Translations under genes and position numbers: made by a program
Source of the DNA: Candidatus Latescibacterota bacterium
GTDB taxonomy: Bacteria; Latescibacterota; UBA2968; UBA8231
DNA: 64,000 nucleotides
Reading direction: 5' to 3'
Assembly: GCA_965200315.1 (NCBI GenBank)
Contig: OZ241362.1
Location: forward strand, 2,432,001-2,496,000
Shown: piece by piece, positions 8,718-18,908 of the stretch
How positions within the stretch are numbered: position 1 is the first letter of the stretch
How the letters are laid out: each line of letters starts with the position of its first letter
The notes under the pieces: model-generated
The model's input: only the letters and a program-made list of their open reading frames with translations
The model's database searches: none
Told to the model about the DNA's origin: nothing

Positions 8718-11020
8718 TCTTCCGCGTACTCCTCTTCCGCGCTCTCGATGAAAATCTCGCGCGGCTTTGCCCCAACGATCGGCCCGACGATACCGGCAGC
8801 CTCCAGCTCGTCCATCAACCGTGCGGCGCGGGAATAACCCACTTTCAAGCGCCGCTGCAAAAACGATGTGGAGGCCTGCTGGTGTTCGCGGACTAAGCTC
8901 ACGGCATCGTCGAAAAGGTCGTCGCGTGCATTGGCAGCCGCGTTAATATCCGGCTGCTCGGAAAACACCGCAACTTCCTCGGCCTCGTACTCGCTCTCTT
9001 TTAATACCGCGACCAAGCGCTCGGTTTCCTCGCTAGAAATAAAGGCTCCGTGGACGCGGAGCGGCTCGCCTTGGCCGCTCGGTAAAAAGAGCATATCACC
9101 CATCCCCAACAGCCGCTCGGCCCCGTTGAGATCGAGAATCGTGCGCGAGTCCGTCTTTGACGCCACTTGGAAGGCAATGCGCGACGGAAAGTTGGCCTTG
9201 ATTACCCCGGTAATCACGTTCACTGAAGGCCGCTGGGTCGCCAAAATGATGTGAATGCCCACGGCGCGCGACTTCTGCGCCAGACCCATCAGCGAAGTCT
9301 CCACCTCAGCGGGAGCCGTCAGCATCAAATCGGCAAATTCGTCGATTACTATCACCATGTACGCCAGCGGCTTCTCAGGCTCAACGCCGTCTTCGGCAGC
9401 CTCGGCTTGGACGTGCGCCAGTTTGGCGTTGTAGTCGGACAGATTGCGCACTCCCAGCTTGGCCAGTTTCTGGTAGCGAGCTTCCATTTCGGCTACCGCC
9501 CACTTCAGGGCCTCGGCGGCCCTTTTCGGCTCGGTGATAACCGGCACCAACAAGTGCGGTATATCGTTGTACATCGTCAATTCGACGACCTTGGGATCGA
9601 CCATGATAAAGCGCACTTCGTCCGGCGTGGCCTTGAGGAGGATGCTGCAAATTAGGCTGTTCAGGCACACGCTCTTGCCGGCCCCGGTGGCACCGGCGAC
9701 TAATAGATGAGGCATTTTGGCCAAATCCGCGGCGCACGGCTCGCCCGAAATAGTCTTGCCCAGCACCATGACCAGCTTGGAATCCGACCGGCTGAACACC
9801 TCGTCTTCGACGATCTCGCGCAAGTAAACCGTCTCTCGCTCCTGATTGGCAATCTCCACCCCCACCACGGATTTGCCCGGCACCGGCGCTTGAATGCGAA
9901 TGCCTTTGGCGCTCATCACGCGCGCGAGATCGTCCGAAAGCGCGGCAATGCGATTGACCTTGACTCCAAGGGCCGGCTCTACCTCGTAGCGCGTTACTAC
10001 CGGCCCGGGACTCACCTCTACAACCTTGCTGGCCACGTCGAAATTGTCCAACGCACTCTCCAGCAGTTTGGCGTTTTCCAGCAAGGTCTCCTTAGAGACG
10101 CGGCTGAGGTTGGCTGGGATTTCGTCTAGCAACGCAGGATTCGGGATTTCGTAGCGACCCCCGGTGGGCTTGCGGGCTGGCTCGGCCTTTTCTCTTTTGC
10201 GCTCCGGCGCGGGGGCAGCCGCATCGGCAACCACGGGTTTCTTCTTCTTTTTGCGCGCCCGTTGCTCAACGCGCACAGGCTCCTGCACGCGAGGCTCCAC
10301 CGCCTCTTCAACCATTGACTTCCAAGAGGCCCCTGCCGCCTCAACGCGAGGCTCTGCACCGATCTCCGGCCGCGTCGCTCCCCCCACCTTGTCCTTCTCC
10401 CGCTTTGCCGTTTTGCTTTTCGCAGCAAAGCGGAATCGCCGCAAACGCCCGAGCCACCGCCCGAGCCACCGCCAAACCACCGCCAAACCACCGCCAAACC
10501 ACGCCAACAATCGCCAGTTCAGACCAGGGGTCAAAATCACCGCAACCACAAAGAGCGCACCCAGCAAAACCGCCGCCCCTAGCCTCCCTAGATACGGTAT
10601 GAGGATATCCAAACTGATCTGGGTTCCCAGCACGCCGCCTAGGGCGTAGGCCGTGTGCGGCGAATAGTCGGGCAGACCGGTAGCGACGCTGATAAAGACG
10701 GCCATGAACAAAAGGCCCACACTGCGCTGCACCGCAAGAGCCACCGACTGGCAACGCACCCTATTCCAACCCCACAGCAACAAGAGCATGGGCCAGACAT
10801 ACGCCGTCAGTCCCATGCTCGCAAAGGCCCCATACGACGCATGCGCACCGATCCACCCCCCCCAATTCAAATTCTCCGCCACCGAGCGGCTCGAATTAGG
10901 AGGGTCCAGCGGCGAATGGGAGATCAAGCAGACAAACAAAAACGCGCCGAGGCCGAGGAGGAGCACCCCTAGCACTTGGGGTCTTTTCTCGCCTTTGGGC
11001 GTATGCAAAAACTCGGACAT
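8714..11020 (-). CDS. ftsK: DNA translocase FtsK
   Basis: N-terminal TM domain; PHLLVAGATGAGKS, VIDEFADLM, ATQRPS, GAERLLGMGDML, gamma domain LQRRLKVGYSRAAR. Start taken at ATG 11020. Confidence 0.96.
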   Translation of the reverse strand: MSEFLHTPKGEKRPQVLGVLLLGLGAFLFVCLISHSPLDPPNSSRSVAENLNWGGWIGAHASYGAFASMGLTAYVWPMLLLLWGWNRVRCQSVALAVQRSVGLLFMAVFISVATGLPDYSPHTAYALGGVLGTQISLDILIPYLGRLGAAVLLGALFVVAVILTPGLNWRLLAWFGGGLAVVWRWLGRWLGRLRRFRFAAKSKTAKREKDKVGGATRPEIGAEPRVEAAGASWKSMVEEAVEPRVQEPVRVEQRARKKKKKPVVADAAAPAPERKREKAEPARKPTGGRYEIPNPALLDEIPANLSRVSKETLLENAKLLESALDNFDVASKVVEVSPGPVVTRYEVEPALGVKVNRIAALSDDLARVMSAKGIRIQAPVPGKSVVGVEIANQERETVYLREIVEDEVFSRSDSKLVMVLGKTISGEPCAADLAKMPHLLVAGATGAGKSVCLNSLICSILLKATPDEVRFIMVDPKVVELTMYNDIPHLLVPVITEPKRAAEALKWAVAEMEARYQKLAKLGVRNLSDYNAKLAHVQAEAAEDGVEPEKPLAYMVIVIDEFADLMLTAPAEVETSLMGLAQKSRAVGIHIILATQRPSVNVITGVIKANFPSRIAFQVASKTDSRTILDLNGAERLLGMGDMLFLPSGQGEPLRVHGAFISSEETERLVAVLKESEYEAEEVAVFSEQPDINAAANARDDLFDDAVSLVREHQQASTSFLQRRLKVGYSRAARLMDELEAAGIVGPIVGAKPREIFIESAEEEYAEE

Positions 11021-11122
11021 AGAGCCACAGACTCCGCTAGTACCTAGGTTGGGAAGCAATCAGATTGGAAAGGGGATTAACAAAAATAAACAAAAACGCG
11101 GCTTTTTGCATCTTGCGGGGCG

Positions 11123-13264
11123 TCAGATCATGCCGCTGCGCTTGCGTCCAAACCACTCGACAGCCAACAGAGCAATCGCCAAAAGCGCGGGCCACAGCGG
11201 CCCCCACAGCGGCAAAACCTCGGCCTTTTCGACCCAACGCTTGCGCGGCGCAAGCTGTTCCAGCATGTCCTCCCAGTCCGCAAGCGAATAGGCGCGGCCG
11301 CCACTAGCGCGGGCCAGCCCACCCAAGAGCAATGGGTCGGCGTGCAAATCCCCAAGCTCAATGCTGTACTCTTCGACGACAAAGCGACCCATAGTCGCAC
11401 CTATAGCGGCTTGGTCCACTGCGGCCCGAACCTCGTATTCATACGTGCCGGGGGCCAGCCCACTAGCGACGCCTCGGTAGTGCCCGGCTCCTTGTGATTG
11501 CAGGTCGAACGCTTCCCGTCCGGCTAGCGCGACCTGTACCGTCACCCCCGGTTGCGGCTTTAGCAGTTCGTCGAAAACCTGCACCGCGAAAACCACTTCC
11601 TCGCCCGCCCGGTACACAGGTCGCTCGGTTGAGGCACGGACCCGCCCGCCCGGAGCGTCGAGCGCGAGCCACTTGGCGGCGTCGCGCCAGAACGTTTGAA
11701 TGGTCTGGGGTTGGCCATTGACGCCGCTGCTCATCAGGTCGAGCCGCCAAAAAGACGCGGATAGAGCCGCTATGACCTTGCCCGCGCCATACGCGCCCGC
11801 AATTACGACAGGCTCGCCGCCTGCGCCCTCGACCAGCACGGTGGTGCCCGGCCGCTGCTGAGCCGTGCGAAAGTAGCCCGGCAGCGGCGGCAACCGAAGC
11901 CACGGATCGTCTGCCCCTGCGGGCTGTCGCACGACCGGATGGTGCCGCCCGCCCGCGCTGAGTCGCAACAAGACCTCGCCCGGCACAAAGGGCACAGGAC
12001 CAGCTACCTGAAGCGGCATGAGCGCAGCCAGCGGCGAGTCGGCACGCCAAGCCTGCGCCATCTTGACCCCTCCGACAACGAGCAAACCGGCTCCGGCGTA
12101 CACGTGCTGGACTAACGCAGCGGCGGGCGGGCCGTTGAGCAGCCACGCGCCCGGATTCACCAGCAGCACCACATCCCGACCCTGCAAAACAGCCGGACTC
12201 CACGCGCCGCCGTAGAACGCGTCCGGCTCCCGCTGAATCAGGGTCTCTACTACCCAACTCAAATCTGCGCTTAAACTGCGGCGCAAAAAGGCCAAATCCT
12301 CGCTGGGGCCTCCGGCTAGCAACAGCACCCGCGTGCGCCCGGCGAGAATGTGAGTAAACGCGAGGGCCTCGTTGTCTGCGGTCGCAAATTCCCCGGCCAC
12401 GGGCGCAATAGCCACGCGAAAAATGCACGGGCCAGCTTGTTGAGGCGTCACTGCAAACGAGACGCGTTGTACCTGTCCATCGCCGGCCAACAGCAGCGAT
12501 TGTCTCTGGAGCAATCGCTCGCCCTCGTAGAGCTGGACTTCCACGCGTTGCCCCTCGTATCCCCAACTCCGCATCTCGGCATCAATCGACTGACTCTGAC
12601 CGACATATCCGGTTTCGGCCGTGCGCACGTCCATTAGCTGGACATCGACGGGTACCTCCGCGCCTCCCACACCAAGCGCGTACACGGGTACGCCCAATTC
12701 CGCGCCCAGTTGCACCGGGTTGCGGCCCAAGTTGTGGCCCCCGTCGGAGAATAGGACCACGCCTTGGAGACGCTCCCGCTCGATGACCCCCTCCAAGCTG
12801 GTGGCAAGGGCGCTGCCTATATTCGTCGCCTGACCGCGAGTAATTGCGGTCGCGACCGTGTCAAGCGCGAGCGGATACGCCGACTCGGCAAATCCCCAAG
12901 CGCGGACTTCGGCCTGATGCAAGTGCGCTGACCAACGCTCGTCGCCCAGCACGGCCACTGCCTGTTGTAGTCGCGTGACAGGCCCGTCGGCTACCCTCAT
13001 GCTCGGGCTCGTATCGACTACCACCACCACCAGTGGCCGTATGACCTGTTGGTGCCACCACGTCAAAACCGGCTCGCACAACACCATAGCCAGCAAAGCC
13101 ACGGCCGCGGTACGCAACGCCACGAGTACCATGCGGCGCTTGGGATCAACCTGCGGATATGTCCGCTGATATACCCAATAAACAAATGCGAGTAGGAAGG
13201 GCAGCAGGACGAGGAATACGCTTGGTCCCGCTAGCTGGAGGTGGCTATCCGCCCACTCAGACAC
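11123..13264 (-). CDS. Membrane protein with vWA domain and glutamine-amidotransferase-like domain
   Basis: Two N-terminal TMs, VVDTSPSM (MIDAS DxSxS), TNIGSAL, LFSDGGHN, C-terminal TM ending EWFGRKRSGMI. Start probably GTG 13264. Confidence 0.75.
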   Translation of the reverse strand: MSEWADSHLQLAGPSVFLVLLPFLLAFVYWVYQRTYPQVDPKRRMVLVALRTAAVALLAMVLCEPVLTWWHQQVIRPLVVVVVDTSPSMRVADGPVTRLQQAVAVLGDERWSAHLHQAEVRAWGFAESAYPLALDTVATAITRGQATNIGSALATSLEGVIERERLQGVVLFSDGGHNLGRNPVQLGAELGVPVYALGVGGAEVPVDVQLMDVRTAETGYVGQSQSIDAEMRSWGYEGQRVEVQLYEGERLLQRQSLLLAGDGQVQRVSFAVTPQQAGPCIFRVAIAPVAGEFATADNEALAFTHILAGRTRVLLLAGGPSEDLAFLRRSLSADLSWVVETLIQREPDAFYGGAWSPAVLQGRDVVLLVNPGAWLLNGPPAAALVQHVYAGAGLLVVGGVKMAQAWRADSPLAALMPLQVAGPVPFVPGEVLLRLSAGGRHHPVVRQPAGADDPWLRLPPLPGYFRTAQQRPGTTVLVEGAGGEPVVIAGAYGAGKVIAALSASFWRLDLMSSGVNGQPQTIQTFWRDAAKWLALDAPGGRVRASTERPVYRAGEEVVFAVQVFDELLKPQPGVTVQVALAGREAFDLQSQGAGHYRGVASGLAPGTYEYEVRAAVDQAAIGATMGRFVVEEYSIELGDLHADPLLLGGLARASGGRAYSLADWEDMLEQLAPRKRWVEKAEVLPLWGPLWPALLAIALLAVEWFGRKRSGMI

Positions 13265-14267
13265 GCCAGCCCAGGCGGGGAGCGGCGTCCACATTGAGAC
13301 TGTCGCAGACGCCGCGGCTGAGGTAGAAGGCTCCAACAGCCCCCACCATAGCGGCGTTATCTGTACACAAATCGTATGCCGGACAATGGAAGGCTAGGCC
13401 GCGGCGCTCGACCGCGACGCGCAACCGCTGGCGCAGCCGCTGGTTGGCGGCAACTCCGCCCGCAAGGCATACGGTCGCCACGTCTGCTCGCTCCAAGGCC
13501 AACAGGGTCTTAGCAACCAAGGCATCCACTACGGCTTCTTGGAAGCTAGCGGCAATATGGGCGAGCTGCTGTATGCGCACTTGCGGGGTAAGAGAGCGGA
13601 CGTAGTGTAACACCGAGGTTTTGAGGCCACTGAAGCTGAAGTCCATCTCGTCCACGAGGGCGCGAGGGAAGTCAATGGCCTTGGGATCGCCATCCTCGGC
13701 CAACTCGGCGATGAGCCGACCACCGGCCACCACCCCTTCTCCGGGCAGCAGGCCCAGCAGCTTGGCGACCTTGTCAAATGCCTCACCAGCCGCGTCGTCT
13801 CGCGTGCGTCCCAGCACCTCGTATGAGCCGAGTTCGCGCACCAAAATCAACTCGGTGTGTCCGCCCGATACCAGCAGTGTCAGGAAGGGAACCTCGACCT
13901 GCGCGGCGACCAAGTTGGAAAACACGTGAGCCTCTAGGTGATGGACACCCACCAGCGGCTTGTTGCGCGCCAAAGCCAGCCCCTTGGCCAGTGACAGCCC
14001 CACGATCAACGACCCGACTAAGCCAGGCCCTCGCGTCGCTGCCACCCCATCCACTTCTTCCCACCCAACACCTGCGGTCGCTAGGGCCTGTCGCACGACT
14101 GGCACCAAAGCACACATATGGGCGCGCGAAGCCAACTCGGGCACCACGCCTCCGTATGGTGCGTGATCTTGTTGTGAGAAGATGATATTGGAATGCACAG
14201 CGTACGACTCATCAACGACTGCCGCAGCCGTCTCATCGCAGGAGGTCTCCAGCCCCAGTACCAACAT
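13257..14267 (-). CDS. tsaD: tRNA N6-adenosine threonylcarbamoyltransferase TsaD
   Basis: LGLETSCDETAAA, GGVVPELASRAH, HHLEAH, LLVSGGHT, DDAAGEAFDK, CTDNAAM. Confidence 0.97.
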   Translation of the reverse strand: MLVLGLETSCDETAAAVVDESYAVHSNIIFSQQDHAPYGGVVPELASRAHMCALVPVVRQALATAGVGWEEVDGVAATRGPGLVGSLIVGLSLAKGLALARNKPLVGVHHLEAHVFSNLVAAQVEVPFLTLLVSGGHTELILVRELGSYEVLGRTRDDAAGEAFDKVAKLLGLLPGEGVVAGGRLIAELAEDGDPKAIDFPRALVDEMDFSFSGLKTSVLHYVRSLTPQVRIQQLAHIAASFQEAVVDALVAKTLLALERADVATVCLAGGVAANQRLRQRLRVAVERRGLAFHCPAYDLCTDNAAMVGAVGAFYLSRGVCDSLNVDAAPRLGWRV

Positions 14268-14269
14268 TA

Positions 14270-15202
14270 CTAGTAGCTCACCAAATCGACGTATGCTGGC
14301 GCGATCTGGCGCACCTCGAAAAGCGGTGTCTCCGCGCTGTGTACTGGCAGCGAATTCCCCTGATATTCGGCATAATCTACGTACAGCTCTATGTCGCGGG
14401 CCGGGTCAAGCTGGGTGATCACGCCAACTCCGCCGCGCACCTTGACTTGGGCGGTGGCTGGCTCGGGACGTAGGCGCACCTTGCCGAGGTGTCGCACGGT
14501 AATCGGCACTCCGATTAAATCGTCTTCGGCCAACATCTGCACAGTGGCGCGTACGCGCACGGTCCTAGGCACGAACGCAAGTTGCGTACGCTGGGGATGC
14601 CGCAAGGACTGCTCTACGTCCACATCTTCTGTAACACTCTGCAAAACCAGCGAATCCGTATCCACATAACGCAATGCGGCAACCTGCTGCTGCGGGCCGA
14701 TCACCCGGACAAGCGCGGGCTCAGCTTGCACCGGCGTCACCTGTACGTGGGCAGCAGCCACTTCTAGACTCGCTTGCACTCGCACGGGCACATCCCGTTC
14801 CATCCTCGGCGTTAGGGCAATTGCAATCTCTTTTGGTTCGAGAATTTCCTTGACTTCGACATCCAAGTCGGCCGCCCGCTTGGTGATTTGGGAAGGAGTC
14901 AAACGGTGGATCCGATTCTTGTCTTCGGCCCGCAACTTTAGAACAAAGGAATCGTCGTCCAAGTCAAACAGCAGATCCTTGCCCCCTCCTGTGACCAGGA
15001 CGCGAACCGTGGAAGGCACTTCACTGGCCAGCACCATATCCCCGGCTACCCCTTCGCCCGGCGGAGGGACTTCGATCCAGAGGCGCACTGCAATTTCTTT
15101 ATCGTAGTACTTCTCTGTAACTGCATGAAGCCACAGCGCAAAAGATAAGACCAAGGCACCTGCCCTGATCCCCCAACTGCTTACACTGATGTTGGCCAAC
15201 AA
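14270..15202 (-). CDS. CdaR/YbbR-like domain protein
   Basis: N-terminal anchor LVLSFALWLHAV followed by repeated P..V.V.V.G modules. Start placed at TTG 15202 because 15232 lies inside a terminator. Confidence 0.7.
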   Translation of the reverse strand: MLANISVSSWGIRAGALVLSFALWLHAVTEKYYDKEIAVRLWIEVPPPGEGVAGDMVLASEVPSTVRVLVTGGGKDLLFDLDDDSFVLKLRAEDKNRIHRLTPSQITKRAADLDVEVKEILEPKEIAIALTPRMERDVPVRVQASLEVAAAHVQVTPVQAEPALVRVIGPQQQVAALRYVDTDSLVLQSVTEDVDVEQSLRHPQRTQLAFVPRTVRVRATVQMLAEDDLIGVPITVRHLGKVRLRPEPATAQVKVRGGVGVITQLDPARDIELYVDYAEYQGNSLPVHSAETPLFEVRQIAPAYVDLVSY

Positions 15203-15216
15203 TAGACCCCATAAGA

Positions 15217-15247
15217 AGAAGAGGCTCCACAAAAGGGGGCCTCTTCT
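15217..15247 (-). terminator. Probable intrinsic terminator
   Basis: Minus strand AGAAGAGGCCCC-loop-GGAGCCTCTTCT followed by TCTTAT, downstream of the 64-aa gene. Confidence 0.6.
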
Positions 15248-15294
15248 CGTGATCTACTACTTTTACCGCGTGCCAAAGGCGAAGACGCGACCGC

Positions 15295-15489
15295 TTACTT
15301 AAACGATCTCTTGAGTTCCTCGCCGATACTCAACTCGCCGTTATCAATTCTCATATGGTAGCCGCAACTTGGATTCGTGCAGACCCACGCTTTGTAGTGA
15401 ATGGCCGCGCCGTCTCTTCCATAGTCGGAAAGCGGGATCAAAACGCCTTCCCTGCACTTCAAACACTCAGGAAAATTAACTTTTTCCAT
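15295..15489 (-). CDS. Small zinc-ribbon protein (64 aa)
   Basis: CLKC and CTNPSC motifs; GGAGAGAGGG purine-rich RBS upstream; terminator downstream. Confidence 0.75.
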   Translation of the reverse strand: MEKVNFPECLKCREGVLIPLSDYGRDGAAIHYKAWVCTNPSCGYHMRIDNGELSIGEELKRSFK

Positions 15490-15563
15490 CCGACCCTCTC
15501 CTCCGGTTTTAGCGTGTAGCCACTCGGGTCCACACTTTTATTCAAAGTACTGGTGTCACCCCA

Positions 15564-16037
15564 CTATGTCAATTGCCCAAGATGCACGGCGTATTCATAT
15601 ACGGCCCGTTCTTGGGCGGCTGTTTCCACCGAGCCGGGGCGCAGGTTCCTCACCTGCGTCAGAGCGTCCGCCGCACTGTTGCCCATTCTTACCAAATAAC
15701 TCGCCAACATAGTGCCCGTGCGCCCCAATCCCGCACTGCAATGGACCATCACCGGACGTCCTTGCTCGACTGCCTCGTCGACGAATTGGACAAACGCCCG
15801 TATATCCCCGAGCGAAGGCGACTGCATATCCTGTATGGGCAAGTGCAAGTACGCCATATCGCGTGCCGCCACCCCGCCTACCGGCAGGGCATTCGCGGTC
15901 AGCGACACAATCGCCTTTACGCCCTGCACCTCCAGTAAATCGAGATCGTCCTCCAGCCGCTCGTCCCCCTCCCAACCGCCAATCTGCCCAGCACCCGCCA
16001 ACCGACCCTCTAACAGCCAACCAAAATTGAACACCAT
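15564..16037 (-). CDS. Dual-specificity/Cdc14-like protein phosphatase
   Basis: P-loop VHCSAGLGRTG (CX5R), HLPIQD acid loop, RPGSVET. Confidence 0.88.
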   Translation of the reverse strand: MVFNFGWLLEGRLAGAGQIGGWEGDERLEDDLDLLEVQGVKAIVSLTANALPVGGVAARDMAYLHLPIQDMQSPSLGDIRAFVQFVDEAVEQGRPVMVHCSAGLGRTGTMLASYLVRMGNSAADALTQVRNLRPGSVETAAQERAVYEYAVHLGQLT

Positions 16038-16039
16038 AA

Positions 16040-16480
16040 CTAGCGGCCTTCATAGGCTGCCTGTGGACCTTCAACCCAGCTTTCACCCTCGACCCCTACT
16101 TCCTTCTTCCATATCGGCACGATCTGCTTGAGCCGATCAATGGCGTACTGACACGCGGCCAACGCCTCGGCTCGATGAGGGCTAGCGACGGCAATTAACA
16201 CGCTGATTTCCCCGATTTCGAGCTTCCCTACGCGGTGAATCATCCCGACGTCCACGACGCCCCACCGCGCCTTCAGTTCTTTGCCAATCTGCGCCATCTT
16301 CTTCTCGGCCATAGCCGGATACGCTTCGTACACCAAGTACTCGGTTTGCTTGTCGCCGGAGTGATTGCGCACCACGCCGGCAAACGTGGCCACAGCGCCA
16401 TTTTCATCGCGCACCACGTCGGCAAACAAATCGTTGGGTTCAATAGGGCCTTCGGTAATTTTGAACACATCAGCCCCCAC
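16040..16480 (-). CDS. moaE: Molybdopterin synthase catalytic subunit MoaE
   Basis: GAVATFAGVVR, YEAYPAMA, HRVGKL, HRAEAL, LKQIVPIWKKE. The true start may be GTG 16468. Confidence 0.95.
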   Translation of the reverse strand: MGADVFKITEGPIEPNDLFADVVRDENGAVATFAGVVRNHSGDKQTEYLVYEAYPAMAEKKMAQIGKELKARWGVVDVGMIHRVGKLEIGEISVLIAVASPHRAEALAACQYAIDRLKQIVPIWKKEVGVEGESWVEGPQAAYEGR

Positions 16481-16715
16481 TTACAGGCGGAATAAGGGCT
16501 ACCTCGTCTCCCGCTTTTAACGCGGTATGGCTTCCCACATACTCGGAATTGACCGCAATCGACAACACCTGTTGCACCGCAGCCAGTTGCGGATAAGCAG
16601 CCACGAGTTCGCGCTGCAAGTCCACGACCCGGTAGCCTTCGGCAATCTCCCACTCACAGCTTCTGTGGCCTACGGCATCGCGGCAGGAAGCAAAAAATAA
16701 AACCTTGATTTTCAT
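16470..16715 (-). CDS. moaD: Molybdopterin synthase sulfur carrier MoaD
   Basis: MKIKVLFFA..AVNSEY..GDEVALIPPVSGG with C-terminal GG. Confidence 0.95.
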   Translation of the reverse strand: MKIKVLFFASCRDAVGHRSCEWEIAEGYRVVDLQRELVAAYPQLAAVQQVLSIAVNSEYVGSHTALKAGDEVALIPPVSGG

Positions 16716-16746
16716 AGCCAAGCGCAATAACACCGCAGCTTACGGC

Positions 16747-16785
16747 AAAAAAAGGAAATGGGACCCCTTATTGAGGCCCCATTTC
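16747..16785 (-). terminator. Intrinsic terminator after the 682-aa secreted protein gene
   Basis: Hairpin GAAATGGGACCCC-TTATT-GAGGCCCCATTTC (16755-16785) with A7 at 16747-16753, giving a U-tract on the minus strand. Confidence 0.8.
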
Positions 16786-16820
16786 ATTCGTTGATTACTG
16801 CTGTTGTCCTGCTGAGGAAA

Positions 16821-18869
16821 CTACCTGAGTAGCACCATCTTGCGCTTGGCTACGTAGTCGCCGGCATGGAGCAAGTAAAAATACATGCCGCTAGCGACGC
16901 CAGCGCCACTTTCGCTCCGGCCATCCCACACGGCTTGGTACTGACCTGCAGCCAGCGCCTCGCCGTCAACCAGCCTGCGCACGACCTGACCTGCGATGTT
17001 GTAAATCGTCAGGGAGACGATAGCATCGCTGCTCAACTCGTAGGGAATCGTGGTTTCCGGGTTGAAAGGGTTGGGATAGTTCTGACTCAGCGAGTTAGCC
17101 AACGGCAGGGCGGCTAGCGGCTTGGCAGCAGCCCAAGCCGCGCTGAAGTCAATCGCCAAGTCGAGGGCCTTGCCGGCCGCATTCTCCGTGGCGGTACTCG
17201 CCGTAATGCTGAGGAAAGACACGACCTCGGCGTCGACCTCAATCGACGAATTGCCGTCGGCATCGGTCGTATTGCGCACGAACGCGCTACCATGCGGGGG
17301 AATCGTGCCAATACCAAGCACGGACACCCACTCTGTGCTCCGGTTGTACACGTCCCACAAGATGAGCTGGTCCTCGCCCGGATCACCCCAGAGGTTGGTA
17401 AAATTGACCGAGTACGCGATCTCGCCGGGGCTGTCGTCGTCAACAACACCCGTGTCGGCCCCAGAAACCAACGAGTTGCCCACTAGTGGCGCAGTAGCCA
17501 CCAGCACTGGATCCGGCCGGTTGAGGTGCATGCTGCGACTCAACAACTCAGCATCCAAGTAATCGCGCATGCCGGACGACGGGCCGAGGGACACGCTGTG
17601 GACCACAATCTCCGCCTCCACCTCCTCGGTAAAGTTGTCTGAGGTGACGAGGACGAAGCTCCCTATATGGGCATCCCCATCTACGGCATCGCTGAGAACG
17701 ACTGCGCCGCCTCGCACCTGATTCCCGGAGACTTCCACGCCCGGACCCGCCAGCCTAAACGCAGAGGAACCCGAAAACGTGGTTTTCTCTAGATCAAAGG
17801 CATCGGCTGGCGACACCGTCACGATAACTTCAACCTGCTTCACGCCGACTAGCTCGTTCGCCGAAAGCACGACTGGAATTTTCGCACCCGGACCCGCGAC
17901 CACCTCGTTGAGGGCCTTGTCGTCGTTATTTAGGGAAACTTGCGAGACGAACATCAACTTGTCGGGATCTGGCACCGCCCACGTAGCGTTAAAATCGACC
18001 GCCAAGTCAATGGTGTCACCGGCCGGATTTACAGCAGTCGTGCGCGCCCGAACGTCGAGCGAAGTCGCAGCCGCCTTTAAGTTGCCTTCGGCGTCGAACT
18101 GAACCGCGGCATTGCCAGCCTCATCGGTCACATTCCGCAGGCATACGTACACGCCAGAGGGAACCTCGCCGACACCGAGCAGATAGACCGACCGCGAGCC
18201 GGTATTGGTGATGTCCCAAGCAATGGTCTGGCCCTTGGCGGGGGCACCATCATCGGTAAAATTGACCGAGAGCTCAATCTCGCCGGGGCTACCGTCCGCG
18301 TCCGCACCTGTGCCGACCGAGGAATAGGCCGGGTTAAGGGAGAGCGGTGAGGTCGGCATCATATCCGGCGGGGGCACGGCCCAGTTGACGATAAACAATC
18401 CTTCGGGACCAAGGACATCCCGGTCCACAGACGACGCCCCAAGGGACACGCTGCTCACCACAATCTCGGCCGGGGAGCCCCGGCTAAAACTACTCGACAT
18501 CGTGAGGGTAAAAACACCCAAATCACCATCGCCATCTACCGCCTCGCCGAGAGTGGCCCCACCGCTTTTGACCTGCCCATCCCCTAACAATTCCACGCCG
18601 GGCGAAAAACCAAAAGCAGGGGTAAAGGTCGTCGCCGCTAGATCGAAGGCATCCGCGGGCAATACCGTCAGGGTAACTTCAAACTGCTTTACCCCGACCA
18701 TCCCAGCGGCTGACAGTGGAACCTGCACTTGCTCACCAGCATCGGCGGCCGCATGTTCCTCATCCAGCGAAATGACGACATTTGCGTTGTCCCCGGCGAC
18801 AGCGGCACCGCAGAGTGCGAGCAACAGGGCGATGGCAAGAGGAAACGTCTTGCGCACGCTGTTATGCAT
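16821..18869 (-). CDS. Secreted protein with two tandem (cohesin-like plus Ig-like) units and FlgD-Ig/T9SS-A-like C-terminal domain
   Basis: Signal peptide; internal duplication (VGVKQ.EV..TV.PADAFDL, AEIVV.SVSLG.SS, SPGEI..SVNFT, DLA.DF.A.WA, each twice); CTD SLSQNYPNPFNPETTI..IYNIAGQVVRRL..WDG..SGMYFY..KMVLLR. Confidence 0.8.
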   Translation of the reverse strand: MHNSVRKTFPLAIALLLALCGAAVAGDNANVVISLDEEHAAADAGEQVQVPLSAAGMVGVKQFEVTLTVLPADAFDLAATTFTPAFGFSPGVELLGDGQVKSGGATLGEAVDGDGDLGVFTLTMSSSFSRGSPAEIVVSSVSLGASSVDRDVLGPEGLFIVNWAVPPPDMMPTSPLSLNPAYSSVGTGADADGSPGEIELSVNFTDDGAPAKGQTIAWDITNTGSRSVYLLGVGEVPSGVYVCLRNVTDEAGNAAVQFDAEGNLKAAATSLDVRARTTAVNPAGDTIDLAVDFNATWAVPDPDKLMFVSQVSLNNDDKALNEVVAGPGAKIPVVLSANELVGVKQVEVIVTVSPADAFDLEKTTFSGSSAFRLAGPGVEVSGNQVRGGAVVLSDAVDGDAHIGSFVLVTSDNFTEEVEAEIVVHSVSLGPSSGMRDYLDAELLSRSMHLNRPDPVLVATAPLVGNSLVSGADTGVVDDDSPGEIAYSVNFTNLWGDPGEDQLILWDVYNRSTEWVSVLGIGTIPPHGSAFVRNTTDADGNSSIEVDAEVVSFLSITASTATENAAGKALDLAIDFSAAWAAAKPLAALPLANSLSQNYPNPFNPETTIPYELSSDAIVSLTIYNIAGQVVRRLVDGEALAAGQYQAVWDGRSESGAGVASGMYFYLLHAGDYVAKRKMVLLR

Positions 18870-18908
18870 AGTTGCTTCTCCTTATATATTTGTAACCTGT
18901 TGATTAAA

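Noticed and set aside
10440-10510. Short direct repeats (CCCGAGCCACCG, CCGCCAAACCA) in ftsK
   Set aside because: They encode a low-complexity W/G/R membrane-proximal segment; ordinary.
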